A DNA stretch of 64,000 bases, taken from assembly GCF_009914755.1 (NCBI RefSeq), contig NC_060935.1. One strand, written 5' to 3'. The notes under the pieces were generated by a model. That model saw nothing but the letters and a program-made list of their open reading frames with translations. It was not told the DNA's origin and did not search any database. The position numbers and the translations under genes are program-made. The stretch is from the human T2T-CHM13v2.0 reference genome, Homo sapiens. Of this stretch, positions 40,401 through 53,924 are shown in pieces. Within the stretch, counting starts at the first letter, position 1. Each line of letters begins with the position of its first letter.

Positions 40401-41341
40401 TGTGTGTGACTGTGGATCATAGTTCATAAACTCAGGTTTGCAAAATATATCTCACCTGTGTAATTTCCTTAGATCAATTCAAATTTGATCCCAAATTCCC
40501 TTATCTTAAACCCTTAAGATTTTTTAAGAATCTGAGAAGCTTATATGGTGCCTGGAATGAAGAGGAAAGATGCAATCACTCTAAGCATCTATAGTCAGCA
40601 TGGACAACAGCAGTGGTCAAACTCCTGTTGTCCCTCAAAGTCATGTAACTCTCAGCTTGTATACCACTTGTGGGACAGGTTGACTTTCCAAGCCTGAGAA
40701 CCTCAGTGCCCATTATCCAGTCTCTCCAAGGACACCACACAACTGGTCCTCTCTGAGTTGCTGCCACCACCCTGAGTGCTCCCAAGATAAGGACATGGGT
40801 CAGTGACCGCTGCCTCCCTACCCAGTCTGGGAGAGAAAAGCCCTGTCCCTACCTTTGCATGTTCTCCAAGAGCCCTTTTCTCTCCATTTCTCTCTGGGAT
40901 GATTTTAGGCTTTTATGTGAGATAGGACACATTCTTGACTCTAAGCAGCTTCAGCTTTCCAATGTGTAACAAACTTCTCTTGGGACAAAGGAACTTAAGG
41001 TTTTGCCACCTTCTTGAAAATAAGGAGGAGAAAATATATAAGAATACCACCAGTCAAATTACCTGTGATCCTTTTCTTTATATGTTTCTAATATGTCCTC
41101 CTGTAGTGTCTAAAACACTTGCCAAGGTGATTTCTGACTAGTGAAATAGATAGAAGGTAAAAAGTTGAAAGATACCATATAAAAGGCATGGATAGAGTCT
41201 AATGAGATTAAAAGAACTCAGGGCATCAGCTCACAGAGGAAAAAACTAAAGCTTGAGAATGGGTAAATATTAGACATTTTAAGCAGAGAACAGAGGGATG
41301 AACAAAGGCACAAAAGTGGGAAATCGGAAGTGTGTTAAAAG

Positions 41342-41504
41342 CCTTGCTACTCAAAGTTTGGTCCATGGACCAGCAGCACTGGCGTGACCTAGCAACTCAT
41401 TAGAAATGCAGACTCTTAGGACTTGCTTCTGACTGACTGAATCAGAATCTTCATTGTGACAGAACCACAGTGATTTGTAGGCAATTACAGTTTGAGCAGC
41501 TCAG
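41342..41504. mobile_element. MER5A1 (hAT-Charlie) MITE
   Basis: gctactcaaagtttggtccatggaccagcagca..tagaaatgcag..ctgaatcagaatct..agtttgag. Confidence 0.85.
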
Positions 41505-41512
41505 CTTTACAG

Positions 41513-41923
41513 CAGTGGTTCTCAACATGTGATTCCCAGATCAGCAGTATCACCTCCCCCTGGGAACATGATCCCAGGAGTTTGAGAGCAACCTGGGAAA
41601 CATACAAGACCCCATCTCTACAAAACAAATTTTAAAAATAGGCATGGTGGCATGTACCTGTAGTCCCACCTACTCTGGAGGCTGAGGCAGGAGGATCTCT
41701 TGAGCCCAGGAGTTGAGGTTTCAGTGAGCGTGATAGTGCCGCTGCACTCCAGCATAGGTAGCAGAGTGAGACCCTGTCTTTTAGAAAAAAGAAAAAGAAA
41801 TGCAAATTCTTGAGCCCTATCTCAGACCTACTGAATGAATATCTCTGGAGGGAAGGCCCAGCAATGCATTTTAACAAGTCTTACAAAGTGATTCTGACAC
41901 ATGTACAAAGTTGACAACCACTG
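41513..41923. mobile_element. MER5A MITE interrupted by AluJ
   Basis: TIRs cagtggttctcaa ... ttgacaaccactg; gaaatgcaaattct..cagacctactgaat. Confidence 0.85.
41570..41797 (+). mobile_element. 5'-truncated AluJ SINE
   Basis: ggaggatctcttgagcccaggagtt..gagtgagaccctgtct. Confidence 0.9.
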
Positions 41924-41931
41924 CTCCAGAG

Positions 41932-42156
41932 CAGAGTTGAAAAAGGCTTCATGGAAAAGGGCCAGATACTAAATATTTTAAGCGGGCTTTGTGGGCAATA
42001 AGGTCTCTGTCATAACTTCTCAACTCTGCCAATGTAGCAAGAAAGTACCAATAGGCAGTCTGTAAAAGAATGAGCATGGCTCTACTCCATTGAAACTTTA
42101 TTCACAAAACACTGGAGGACTTGATTTGGTCCATGGGTCATATTTGCCAACCCCTT
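41932..42156. mobile_element. MER58A (hAT-Charlie) MITE
   Basis: aagggccagatactaaatatttt..ggtctctgtc..tcaactctgcc..aaactttatt..tttgccaacccct. Confidence 0.9.
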
Positions 42157-42164
42157 TTCTAGAG

Positions 42165-42350
42165 TACAGATTTTCAAACTTGCATGTGCATTAGAATCAC
42201 TTGGAGAGCTTCATAAATCTTGATATTCGGACCGTATCCCACACCAATTAACCAGCATCTCTACAGTTGGCTGAGGGATCGATATTTTTAAAAACTCTCC
42301 AAGTGTTTTAAACTCTCTCTGGAATGCACAGCAAGGGATGAGACCAGATG
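42165..42350. mobile_element. MER5A/B MITE
   Basis: ttttcaaactt..tgtgcattagaatcacttggagagctt..tttttaaaaactctcc..aatgcacagc. Confidence 0.75.
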
Positions 42351-42944
42351 CTACAGAACGGAATAGAAGGCCTGAGAAAGAAAGATGGGTTGAGAGGGTC
42401 AAGGGAGATTCAGCAGGAAAGGTGGCTAGAAGCCTGAAGGTAGAGGCCTTTCAAATTGGGATGTTCCCCAAGCACGACAATCCCGTGGGGATTTGAATAT
42501 CCATACAGGTCAGGGCACACATTTTCATTTTTTTCTTAACCACATGTTACTGCATTTAAACCACAATATTAAAAATGAGAAACGTCTGAACAAGGAGTAG
42601 GCCAAAAGGCTTTTAATTCCCCAACAGCAAAACCCTGTTAATACCTTGCCCTGTGTCAGCAAAATAATTGTGGTTCAAATGAATATAAAACACTTCCATT
42701 CAATCTTCTCCCTCCTCCCTAAGGCAAATGCTTTCTTATCATGGAGAAACAGTACTCCTCAAACTGTCAGACTGCATCAGGGGAGTTAAACAAGAATTAT
42801 AAAGCCAGGCTAAATCAAGGCATCAGCTAGGAGGGCAAAATTCTCCTGCAGGTGCACTTTCTTTAGCCCCTTCCCTGACCAGAGCCTTCACTAACGCTGC
42901 TGTGGAAATGCTGAGAGAGAGTGAGCTGAGACTTTTGCAAGAAG

Positions 42945-43362
42945 ATGAATTAAATTTCTTTGGTTGCAAGTAGCAGAAGCAGTCACTGGCTAAGTCAAGT
43001 GAAAAAAAAAAAAAAGTTAACTGAAAAGATCTGTGGTGGCCCAGACAATAAAAGGAGACGCTAAAGAACTGGTCTTGGGAAGGATGGAACCATAGCGGAT
43101 CTGAGCCTTTGTAATAGGAGCTGTGCAAGGTCTCTTCATGGGGCTGCCTTCTCTATGGGAACTCTGCCTACTTTCTGCTCTAGAGTCCCACCATCTAAGG
43201 TGCCCTGTCCAAGAAGAGAACATCTGATTGGCCAAGCATGGGCCCCAAGACCTTAATAAACAGTCCCACCTTGATTGATGGTTCTCCAAAGTCTATGGAA
43301 TTTTATTGCCACAAGAAGGAAGAATAGATGCTAGGAAGGTAAAAATAGCAGATGTCCATTAC
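42945..43362 (-). mobile_element. MLT1K/L/M-like MaLR LTR
   Basis: ttggttgcaagtagcagaa..ctggctaa..tctgattggccaagc..atagatgctagg..agatgtccattac. Confidence 0.65.
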
Positions 43363-43769
43363 GGAGAATAATAATCAATATTTTTTAAACAATGTTAAAC
43401 AATGCATCTAGAGACTCAAACAGGGTTTGTCACATATTGATCATGGGACTGGGCACACAATCTCTTACAATCCCCAAAGGAGAACGCTTATCTAGTCATA
43501 GGCATTGGGTCAAGAAAAACTTAAAAATACAACCCCCTTTTTTACAGGGGAGAAAATGAAGGATGAGTGAATAACTTTTCCAAGCCTTTTCCTATTCATG
43601 TTTAATGTTATTCATGAAAAGTGTACAATCAGATAAGAGTCCAAGCTGGACCCTTCATCCAGAGTATTCTGCCTGTGGTTGTGAAAGTCAGTGTTTTTTA
43701 ATTTCCTTGAAGACTCTGTGCATGCATCATGTTTGCTCTTTTAAAGATGAGAAATAACAGTATTTCACA

Positions 43770-44320
43770 TTTGTCCAGGGGTTCTTATTTAAAAAGCACC
43801 ACTGGCCAGGCACAGTGGCTCACACCTGTAATCCCAGCACTTTGGGAGGCCAAGGCGGGCAGATCACCTGAGGTCAGGAGTTCGAGACCAGCTTGGCCAA
43901 TAGTGAAACCCCATCTCTACTAAAACCCCATCTCTACTAAACCCCATCTCTACTAAACCCCATCTCTGCTAAAAAAATACAAAAATGAAACCCCATCTCT
44001 ACTAAAAAAATACAAAAATTAGCTGGGCATGGTGATGCACAGCTGTAGCTAGACTACAGCAGGAGAATTGCTTAAACCTGGGAGACGGAGGTTGCAGTGA
44101 GCCAAGATCGCACCACTGCACCCCAGCCTGGGGGACAGAGACTCCATCTCTCAAAAAAAAAAAACAAAAACAAAAAGCACCACTTCCTAGGCCCCATATT
44201 TCAGAGATTCTGATTCAATAGGCCTGGGTTAAGACCCAGGAAGCTGCTTTTTCACACAAGTACCTATATACCATTGGTGTGTACAATGCATTTTGAACAA
44301 CAGTGTGGTCCCACGCTCAA
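43770..44320. mobile_element. MER5-type MITE split by Alu
   Basis: ttcctaggcccca..cagagattctgattcaataggcctgggt..cccaggaa after the Alu. Confidence 0.6.
43804..44171 (+). mobile_element. Rearranged AluS SINE (internal tandem expansion and micro-inversion)
   Basis: TSD aaaaagcaccact (43791-43803 / 44172-44184); aaaccccatctctact x5. Confidence 0.95.
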
Positions 44321-44499
44321 GTGTTTGCAGAGACCAGAGAGGTCATGTGAGTAAAGCCAGGAGAGGATAAGAAAACGAAAAGAAGTGAGGATGGTGACTT
44401 GGGAAGTACATGTACTGTCTAAGGGTACTTGGACTCCATCTGTTTTCAAGCACCCTGCAGGCTAAAGAAAACCTTACCATAGGACAAGTTTTATTCTCA

Positions 44500-44700
44500 T
44501 AGATTCTATAGGTTGTGAGTGCTGTTAGCGCTTTCACATGAATTTTATCACTCAATGAACTTCTAAGATGGGAAAAAAATTATTATTATGAACACGTTTT
44601 CATGAATAAAAAGGGGGAGGTTTAGAGGAGCTCCCCTAAGGCTTCCTGCCATCTGCCAAATTTGAACACAAATCTAATTTCTAAACTGAGGTGCTTTGCA
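44500..44700 (-). mobile_element. MIR SINE (degraded)
   Basis: gcgctttcacatgaatt..ttattattat..tttgaacacaaatct. Confidence 0.5.
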
Positions 44701-45888
44701 AAACCGCAAGTAATGCACCCCTGTTTATTTTTTTAACTCCTCTCTGTCATGTGGCCTGCATAAACAACATTCCTTTCAAATGTGATTATGTCTGTTCAAT
44801 CATAAATAGGGCAGAAAAAAAAGCCTAGCTGTAATTTTTTTAAATATGTGAAAAGCACGCAAAACAAGCAGAATCTTCAGGATTTCAAATAGTGATACAA
44901 AGCCTGGCAGGTCATTATGTAAAATTACTACAAGCCTCTTGAAGATTGACCCAGTTTACATAGTTTTCTTCATTTTATCCAATAAAGTTAAAATATATTA
45001 TTCTCATATTACAGTTGGATGATTTAGAAACACAAAATATGTTTGGCACAGATTCATAGTTCCTTAGTAAAACAAAAGACAAAGTCCCCGCAATAGTTAG
45101 AAAGTTAATTATTTATCTTGGCCAAAGACTCTGACTGTTGCCATGACACAGATTAAAACAGCACTTTTCAAATAAGGTGGTAGTTATTTCATGTCAGGCT
45201 TTGAAAGTGCTGGGCTGAGTCCCTCTTTCAGTAATTGGAAATTCTGGACCTATCTTACTCAACACTTCAAACCCTTGTAGTATTTCTATATGATGTTGGA
45301 GTTTGAGAACAGAATTAGGACTAGGTTAGAGGTTAACTGTGTAACATCAGTCTTTCACAAAACAAAGCTTAGTTCAGGGAACATGCCTTGACCTACCTTA
45401 ACCTAAAATCTGTGTGATAATGAACCAAGTTATAACAAGGCTTTACAGTACATGGAAGACCTTTTTTGGACATTAGAACCACTCAAAGGAGGAGAGAGAA
45501 ATACAGTCCCTTCTGGTTATAAGGGGATATACTTGTGGTTTTAATTGTTACCCAATTAAATGAGGTTAGATATTTACAAAAATACATTAAAATAAGGAAA
45601 ATTTTATAACAAAGGAGACAGAAACTAAGTTATTGTCTACAATATGTAAAGAGTGCTTAAAAATCAATAAAAATTAAAAATCAACCAACTACAAAGATGG
45701 TAAAAGGATATTGACAATTCATAAAAGAAGAAATCAAACACCCAATAAATGCATAAAACACATAAAAAATTCTTTTACTAAGAACAAAACAAATGCACAT
45801 TAAAACAGAAATAAGATAAAAATTGTCACCTATCAAATTAGTAAATATTTAAATATTAAGTATTATTAAATATTAAATTTTATTAAAT

Positions 45889-45916
45889 ATTTAAAAATAT
45901 TTAAATATTTTTAAAT
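45889..45916. repeat. Perfect 28-bp all-AT palindrome within AT low-complexity tract
   Basis: atttaaaaatattt|aaatatttttaaat. Confidence 0.9.
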
Positions 45917-46202
45917 GATACTTAAAAGTGGAAAGTATGCAGTGAAACAAGGATTCTGAAATAATGCATGTGAAAGTGAAATTTCATACAATAATTCTGG
46001 AAAGCAATTTGGCATATTATATCAAAATGGTAAATGTTTCCTTACCTGTATAAACATATTAAAAGTAAAATATTAGAAGTGCAGTCCAATATTGGTTTCT
46101 AATAAGGTATATTTATTATAGTTTTATTGTAATTTTTTTTGTAATAGAAAATTGGATGATCCTCAAATGTCCAATAAGAGGATTGGTTAAACAGTCCAGG
46201 GC

Positions 46203-47050
46203 TATTTGGAGATAGGGAAAAACCAAAATGTGTTTCCTACTCTCTTTCACACCAACCAAGCAATTCTGACACTAGATGTGTATCTGTTGGGGGTAGTCTC
46301 TCCACGCACCAACGAGTTCTCCAGCAGGCACCATCTGGGTGTTCTCTAATTCAAGTCAATTCTTACACTATCTACCTGGAGTTAGTAACAGATCCCACAA
46401 GTTGAGGGCTCAGTCCTACAAGACTGTACCCTGCTTTAGGTGCCCGTTGCAAGTAGTAGTAGTTGTCACCTCTGCTTCTGATGGACTGGCTATGAATTCA
46501 AGGTTCTAACAAACCCCTTCTTGGGTTTGATTAATTTGCTACAGGTCCTCACCGAACCCAGGGAAACAATTTACTTGTGTTGACCTATTTGTTATGAAGG
46601 ATAGAACAGCCAGATGGAAGAGATGCACAGGACAAAGCATATGAGAAGGGACATGAAGCTTCCAACCATGTACAACCAGAATAACACCCTCCAGGCACCT
46701 ACACATATTCTGCTATCTGAAAGCTCCCTGATCCTAGTCCTTTTGGGATTTATAGAGGTTTCATTACTAGGCACAATTGATTACATCATTGGCCATTGGT
46801 GATCATCTCAAGCTTCAGCCCCTTACTTCTTTTCAGAGGTTGGGGTTAAGGCTGAAAATCCCAACTCTCTAATCATCTCTTGGTCTTCTCAGTAACAAGC
46901 CCCCATCCTGAAGCTATCTAGGGGACCCCAGCCACCAGTCATCTTATTAGCATATAAAAGACACTTATCATTCCAGAGATTTTAATCATTTTAGGAGCTG
47001 CATGTCAGGAAACAAAAACAAAGACCAAATATATATTTTACAGTATCACA
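46203..47050 (-). mobile_element. MER21 solo LTR
   Basis: cactatctacctggag..cagatcccaca..gagggctcagtcc; aaagaccaaatatatatttt..tatcaca; near-TSD agggc/aggac. Confidence 0.85.
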
Positions 47051-47204
47051 AGGACATATCCTTATGATGAAATATCATGCATTCATTTCAAACATCAGCT
47101 TGCCAAGAATATTTAACTTTTTGGAAAAATTTTAATGAGTGAAAAAGGAAGGATTCAAAATGGAATCTGTGGAATAATCTTAATTTTATTTAAAATATAT
47201 GTTC

Positions 47205-47983
47205 TGTATTAGTCTACTTGGGCTGCCATAAGAGAATATCAGAGACTGGTGGATTAAACAATAGACATTTATTTTCTTACAGTTCTGGAGGTTAGAAGTC
47301 CAAGATCAAGGTGACAGCCACATTGGTTTTTGGTGAGGCCTCACTTCCTGGTTTGCAGATGACTGCCTTCTTGCTGTGTCCTCGCATGACCTTTTCTCTG
47401 TGTAGGGCACATACCCCATGTTTCTTCCTTTTCTTATAAGGACATTAGTCCTGTTGGGTTAGGGTCCCATCCTTATGACCTCATTTAACTTCAACTACCT
47501 CCTTGTTAAATCAAGTTTAGCCTAAAGTTGCCTCCTTATGTATTTTAAGTTCGGCCTAAAGGTTTTCCTGTACATTGTGAACTATAATAAGTGGAGGTGT
47601 AAACAAACCATAGCCTACACTTGTGCCAATCACTGAGTTTTGGCCGATCAAATGTAGCCAACTGTTGGGACCGTGTTGAAATAAGGCAAAAGCTGAGCTG
47701 TAACCTATCCAGCTGTTTCTGAACCTCATTTCCATTTTCTGAATGTCACTTTCCTTTGTCTGTCCATAAATCTTCTTCCACCATGTGGCTGTGCTGGAAT
47801 CTGTGAGCCTGCTGTGGCTCAGAAGGCTGCCTGACTTGTGAATCATTCATTGCTCAATTAAACGCCTTTAAATTTAACTTGGCTGATGCTTTTTCTTTTA
47901 TCATCCTTAAAGGCTCTACCTCCAAATATAGTCACATTGGAATTGGGACTTCAATTTGGGGGCACACAATTCAGTCTACAGCA
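47205..47983 (-). mobile_element. MLT1A0 MaLR LTR split by MER57
   Basis: tgtattagtct..gggctgccata..aagtccaagatcaaggtg..atgacctcatttaac | ..tccaaatatagtcacattgg..cacaattcagtc. Confidence 0.9.
47504..47903 (+). mobile_element. MER57A-like (ERV1) solo LTR
   Basis: tgttaaatcaagtttagcctaaag start, ca end, attaaa polyA signal, exact 4-bp TSD tcct. Confidence 0.9.
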
Positions 47984-48012
47984 CGTTTCATATCCATAAA
48001 GGAAAGCCTAGA

Positions 48013-48586
<574 letters not shown>

Positions 48587-48981
48587 TTAATATTGATTAT
48601 CCCTGAGTAAAGGGAATATAAACCTTTTAACTTTATGGTTTTCCTTGTCCTCTTCTCTCTCCACCCCCTCCTCGTTTTTTGTTTTGTTTTATTTTTACAG
48701 TGATCATGCATTATAGCAGGGGGGGAAAGGTAAACAAATGGGAAAAATAAAACAGTACTCAGTTTCATAGATGTGGGGAAAAATCATGAAAATTAAAATC
48801 ATAAAACTGGAATTCGAGTTACATTATTTTGGTTAAAAAAGGTATGTAATCTTATGCTTCAGTTTCCAGAAGTGCAACAAAGGGATGAAAAGAATATTCA
48901 TCTCATGAAATCACTGTGAGAAACAAACTAGATGATATATATAAAAATTATTTTGCAACCTGAACACTAGTTTTAGTTTTT

Positions 48982-49131
48982 TTGTTTTGTTTTGTTTTGT
49001 TTTTTCTATTTTTAGTAGAGACAGGGTTTCACCCTGTTAGCCAGGATGGTCTCGATCTCCTGACCTTGTAATCCACCTGCCTCGGCCTCCCAAAGTGCTG
49101 GGATTACAGGCGTGAGCCACCGCGCCCAGCC
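48982..49131 (-). mobile_element. AluY/Sc-type left monomer with (TTTTG)n tail
   Basis: gttagccaggatggtctcgatctcc; flanked by tagttttagttttt on both sides. Confidence 0.9.
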
Positions 49132-49148
49132 TAGTTTTAGTTTTTATT

Positions 49149-49764
<616 letters not shown>

Positions 49765-50089
49765 AAGTTTAATTCATGTTAAAGACATTTGGAGAGCATT
49801 TCCTCTGGGCATAAGGGCCTTCTACCTGTGATGGGGATCTATATTTATATCTATAGTTATATCAATATCTATACCATCTAGATCTGTTTCTATGTCTAAG
49901 CTTTGATTTCTGAGAGTTTGCAGCTCATTAGAGGTAGAGAATAACAATTAGGACCACTTCAGGGAAAAGAGATGGGGCTGGGAGGGTGGCAATACAAAAT
50001 CATGGGGATGAGGAGAGGAGGAAAATGGAAAATGTGAAATAAAAAACCAGCCAACTAGTTATATGAAATATGAGCAGAACCTCAGGCGT

Positions 50090-50730
50090 GTATTGTATAA
50101 GGGTCACATGTTAATTTCATGTTTGCTTATTAGTCTCTTTGCTTTTCCAGAACAAGTCCTCCCATTCTGACAGGGCCATCAATTACAAAGACATGACTTG
50201 TTAACATCAGAGATGGGCACATGACCAACTGACCAACCAGAAAACCTCATCCCCTGGGAGATGGTAATTGGTTGAGAGGTGATCAAGTGACATTAGCAGG
50301 GCTAGAGACTTTTTGCAACACTTTTTAATAAGAGTTCACCTTAATATCTCCTTCTAAGATCATGAAAATTAAAAATATAGTGAGTGAATGATTTATCATG
50401 CAAACCAGGACATTTTTGAGAGTGAAAGGGGTTGCTATCCATACACATGCTGGCATGATAGATGTAAACTGGACTTATTCTGGACAAACTGTGATATGTG
50501 GTCACCCTAATTAAGGACCGTGCAAATCCAGAACTACTCAGAACTGTGATGTAGGAGAGTACATGCCTGCAAATGACACTGGGAGAAAGGAAAGCAAAGG
50601 GAGAGAGCCAGAGAAAGAGCACTGGTGACTTGTTTGTACACAATGTCTGATGCTGCCCACTTATGGAATTTTCTATTTACAGGAGGCAACACATTTCACT
50701 TTTGCTTAAGAAGGATCTTGCAGAAAGTGA
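50090..50730 (+). mobile_element. MLT1K/L-like MaLR LTR with MER94 insert
   Basis: gatgggcacatgacc..ccaaccaga..taattggttgaga; cttttgcttaag. Confidence 0.55.
50385..50509. mobile_element. MER94 (hAT-Blackjack) MITE
   Basis: caaaccaggacatttttgagagtgaaagggg..tgtggtcacccta. Confidence 0.8.
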
Positions 50731-51248
50731 AGAAGAGCAGGAATAGAGAAGACATTTGAATGACGACTGATGTTCTCTTCTTTGGCCTGAGGTTTTAGAA
50801 CACATTCACTGCCTGATCACTGTGGCCCAGAAGCCATGGCCTCTGCTGAGAGATAGGGACCCCATGTTCCCTCTACACATCTTCTTCCCCAAAGCCTCTC
50901 TGAGGCTCCTATGTTCAAAGAAACAGTCCTCTGGCAATGGCCTGGTCCTTTCTGCCATACCAAAGAAAGTTGTTTTTTGTTTTGAGCAAGAGATCACTTC
51001 TGATTTTCCTACCTTTGACATGGACCAGACTAATTGACAAATTCTAGAAGGACAGACACTTCCAAACGTCTCTTGACATACTGGCTTCACAAAGGTTAGG
51101 AAAGCTGTTATGGGGAGGACGGAGCCTTTCTCCTCTTCCTGAGAACGTTTGAAGAAGAAAGGGGCTACTGAGAAGTCTGGTAGATTCAGCAGCTAGTAAA
51201 TATCGTGTCTAAATGGGCATCTTTTATTAAACTCTGAGGCAGGGTTGG

Positions 51249-51658
51249 TGTGTTAGGCCATTCTTTCTTGCTATAAAGAAATATCTGAGACTGGGTAACT
51301 TATAAAGAACAGAGGTTTAATTGGCTCATGGTTCTGCAGGCTGCACAGAAAGCATAATGACATCTTCTTCTGGCTAGGCCTCTGGAAGCTTCCAATGATG
51401 GTGGAAGGCGAAGAGGGAACTTGCGCATCACATGGCAAAAGCAGGAGCAAGAGAGAGGCGAGGAGGTGCCGCACACTTTTAAAAGACCAGATCTCATGAA
51501 AACTCACTATTGTGAGGACAGCACCAAGAGGATCGTGCTAAATTATTCAAGAGAAATCCTCCCCCATGATCCAGTCACCTCCCACCAGGCCCCACCTCCA
51601 ACATTGGGGATTACATTTCAACATGAGATTTGGATGGAAACACATTCAAGCTTTATCA
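51249..51658 (-). mobile_element. MSTA MaLR solo LTR
   Basis: ttgctataaagaaatatctgagactgggtaa..gaggtttaattggctcatggttctgcagg..cctcccaccaggccccacctccaacattgggg. Confidence 0.92.
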
Positions 51659-51999
51659 GGTAGGTGGGTGAGGGGGTTGGCCATCTTTTCTGATCTAAAG
51701 AAAGTCAGCAAACCTCCCAAGAAAAGACTCACATGCCTGCCTGTTATATCTTGCAGCCCAGCTCCGGGAGTTCTTAAACTCATAAGAATCTATGAGCTCC
51801 CAGATTTATGGGCCTTGAAATAGACTTTGTAAGTACACAAAACCAAAGTTCTTTATTAGAGTTGACACATTTATTTTCCTCATCTATTCTCCCTTTTGTG
51901 ATCTTTTACTTTCTTCTTTCTCTTTCTTTATATTGAATACTTATCTCTTTTTCACTTTCCTCCCCCTACAAACATCATCTATTCTTTCTCTTTAAGACT

Positions 52000-53070
52000 T
52001 TCTTTTTGGAAATAATTTCAGATACATGAAAGGATTGAAAGACTAGTACAAATAATTATATACCCACCACTGAGCTTCCCTAAATACTCTGCTAGCATTT
52101 TTCCATATTTGCTTTATGCGCTGTCTCTCTCTCTTGCTATCAAGCTCTCTTGCTCTCTCTCTCAAATGCTCTCTCCTTCTCCATAAATATAAATTTATTT
52201 TCCAAGCTACTTGGAAATAAGTTGTAGACAAATGCCCCTTAACCCCTAAATATTTAATCATAAAAATAAGGATATTTTCTTTCACAACAACAGTAAAGTT
52301 ATTACAATCCAAAAATAGCATTGATACAACACTATTATCTAATTTGCAGAGCAAATGTATAGCAAATTTCATTTTTCTCAACCAGGGTCTAATCCCAGAT
52401 TACACGTTACATTTAGATTTCCTGTCTCTTTAGACTCCCTTAATCTGGAATATTTCCTCCATTTTTCCTTGTCTTTAATGATCTTGACATTTCTGAAGAG
52501 CACCATCCAATTATTTTGTAGAATATTCCTCAGTTAGGGTTTATCCTCAGTTTGGGCTTCCTCATGACCAGACTCCAGTAACACATTTTAGGCAGGAACA
52601 ACACGAAAGTGATGTTATGTCTTCAATTCATTATATCAGAAGTCATATAATGTCTATTTGTCCTATTACTGGTAAGTCAACTCTGACATCTTCCTTAATG
52701 TTGTGTCTACCAGATTCTCCACTACCATTTTTCGTTTGTAATTTACAAGTGTCTTATGGGAAGCGACATTGAGGGTATGTAAGTATCCTGTTTCTCATCT
52801 AATTTTTACCCACTATTGTAGCCAGTATATTCATTCTTACTTGAATCAATTATTACTACCATGTTGGCCAAATGATGATTTTTCTAATTCCATCATTCAT
52901 TCTTAATTGATTAGCTGGTATTCTATTATTAAAAAGAGCATCTGCTTCTTCCCTATTTATATATTAATTAATTTATATCAGTATTGATTCATGGATTCCT
53001 ATTCTATTCAATAGTGTTTAATAGGTTCTAATCTGTAATAATTATTTTGACATTCAAATGGTCTCAATTT
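52000..53070 (-). mobile_element. L1MC4/5-like 3' region
   Basis: ggaaataatttcaga; ttgatacaacactattatctaat; ttattttgtagaatattcctcag; gattcatggattcctatt. Confidence 0.8.
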
Positions 53071-53924
53071 CTCTCCCTTTTCATATTTTTCCTTTTCCTG
53101 CTCCCCTTGTCCCCTTGGTTTCCTATTCTCAGCCTCCCAGCCCCATCTCTTTTCCTTGTCCTGGTCCTAAGCCCATCCTTTTCCTCTATTCATTAGATGG
53201 CCCAAAATGTATGCAGGTCCCCTTCCAGCACAGCCTTTCCTCATTTCCTGGGGCTGCAGCTGCACTGGAGCAAATCTGCTAGTTTCTAAAGGTGATATAA
53301 TCGTAAAGATACCAACTGCAGTTAAGTGTCTCAGTATTTCCAAGGGTTTGTAACTCAGCCATAAAAATTCACTTTAGGCTATAGCTTGACATATAATTTC
53401 TCAGCCCAGGAGTGAATTTCTTTAACCATTTTCTCTTTAATTCAACACTACTTGATTCAATGTATCTTTCATCCTCTAATAATATATGCTCATGAGTTGT
53501 TACTGCATCAATACAAATCATGTCTATTGCTAAAGTAATTACTAAGGGTAAATATGAAAAAAGTTACAACTTCACTAGTTCAGAGTTTGTGAAAAGAAAA
53601 CAGTATTGATCTATGTTACTCTCTCTTCTATTCATCCTTCTACTGGCAAATCTTCAATCTATGAATCAAAAAATGTTTTCTTATGTTCAAAGGAAAGATA
53701 TTATGGCATTTGTAAGATCCTGGCTTCTTTGCGGGGGTTTGTGTCTAATTTTTGTTTCACAATCTGAGTTCAAATTAAGGGACATCACTTGACCAAAGGA
53801 TTTGATGGGGTATTCTACGTTTTAATAACCAGAATTTGTAGAACTGAAATATTTAGAAATATTAGTTTCAGGAGACTGGCAACTAGCTGTGCGGCTGTGG
53901 ACAAATTGTAGGAAGGGAAACATA

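Larger units (their letters stand above)
45590..47200 (+). mobile_element. L1ME-type 3' region interrupted by MER21
   Basis: aaaagaagaaat..cacctatcaaatt..ttctggaaagcaatttggca..aaatgtccaataagaggattggttaaa. Confidence 0.7.

Noticed and set aside
43906-44019. CRISPR-like array
   Set aside because: The repeats are Alu-internal and head-to-tail, with no unique spacers and no cas genes, in primate DNA.
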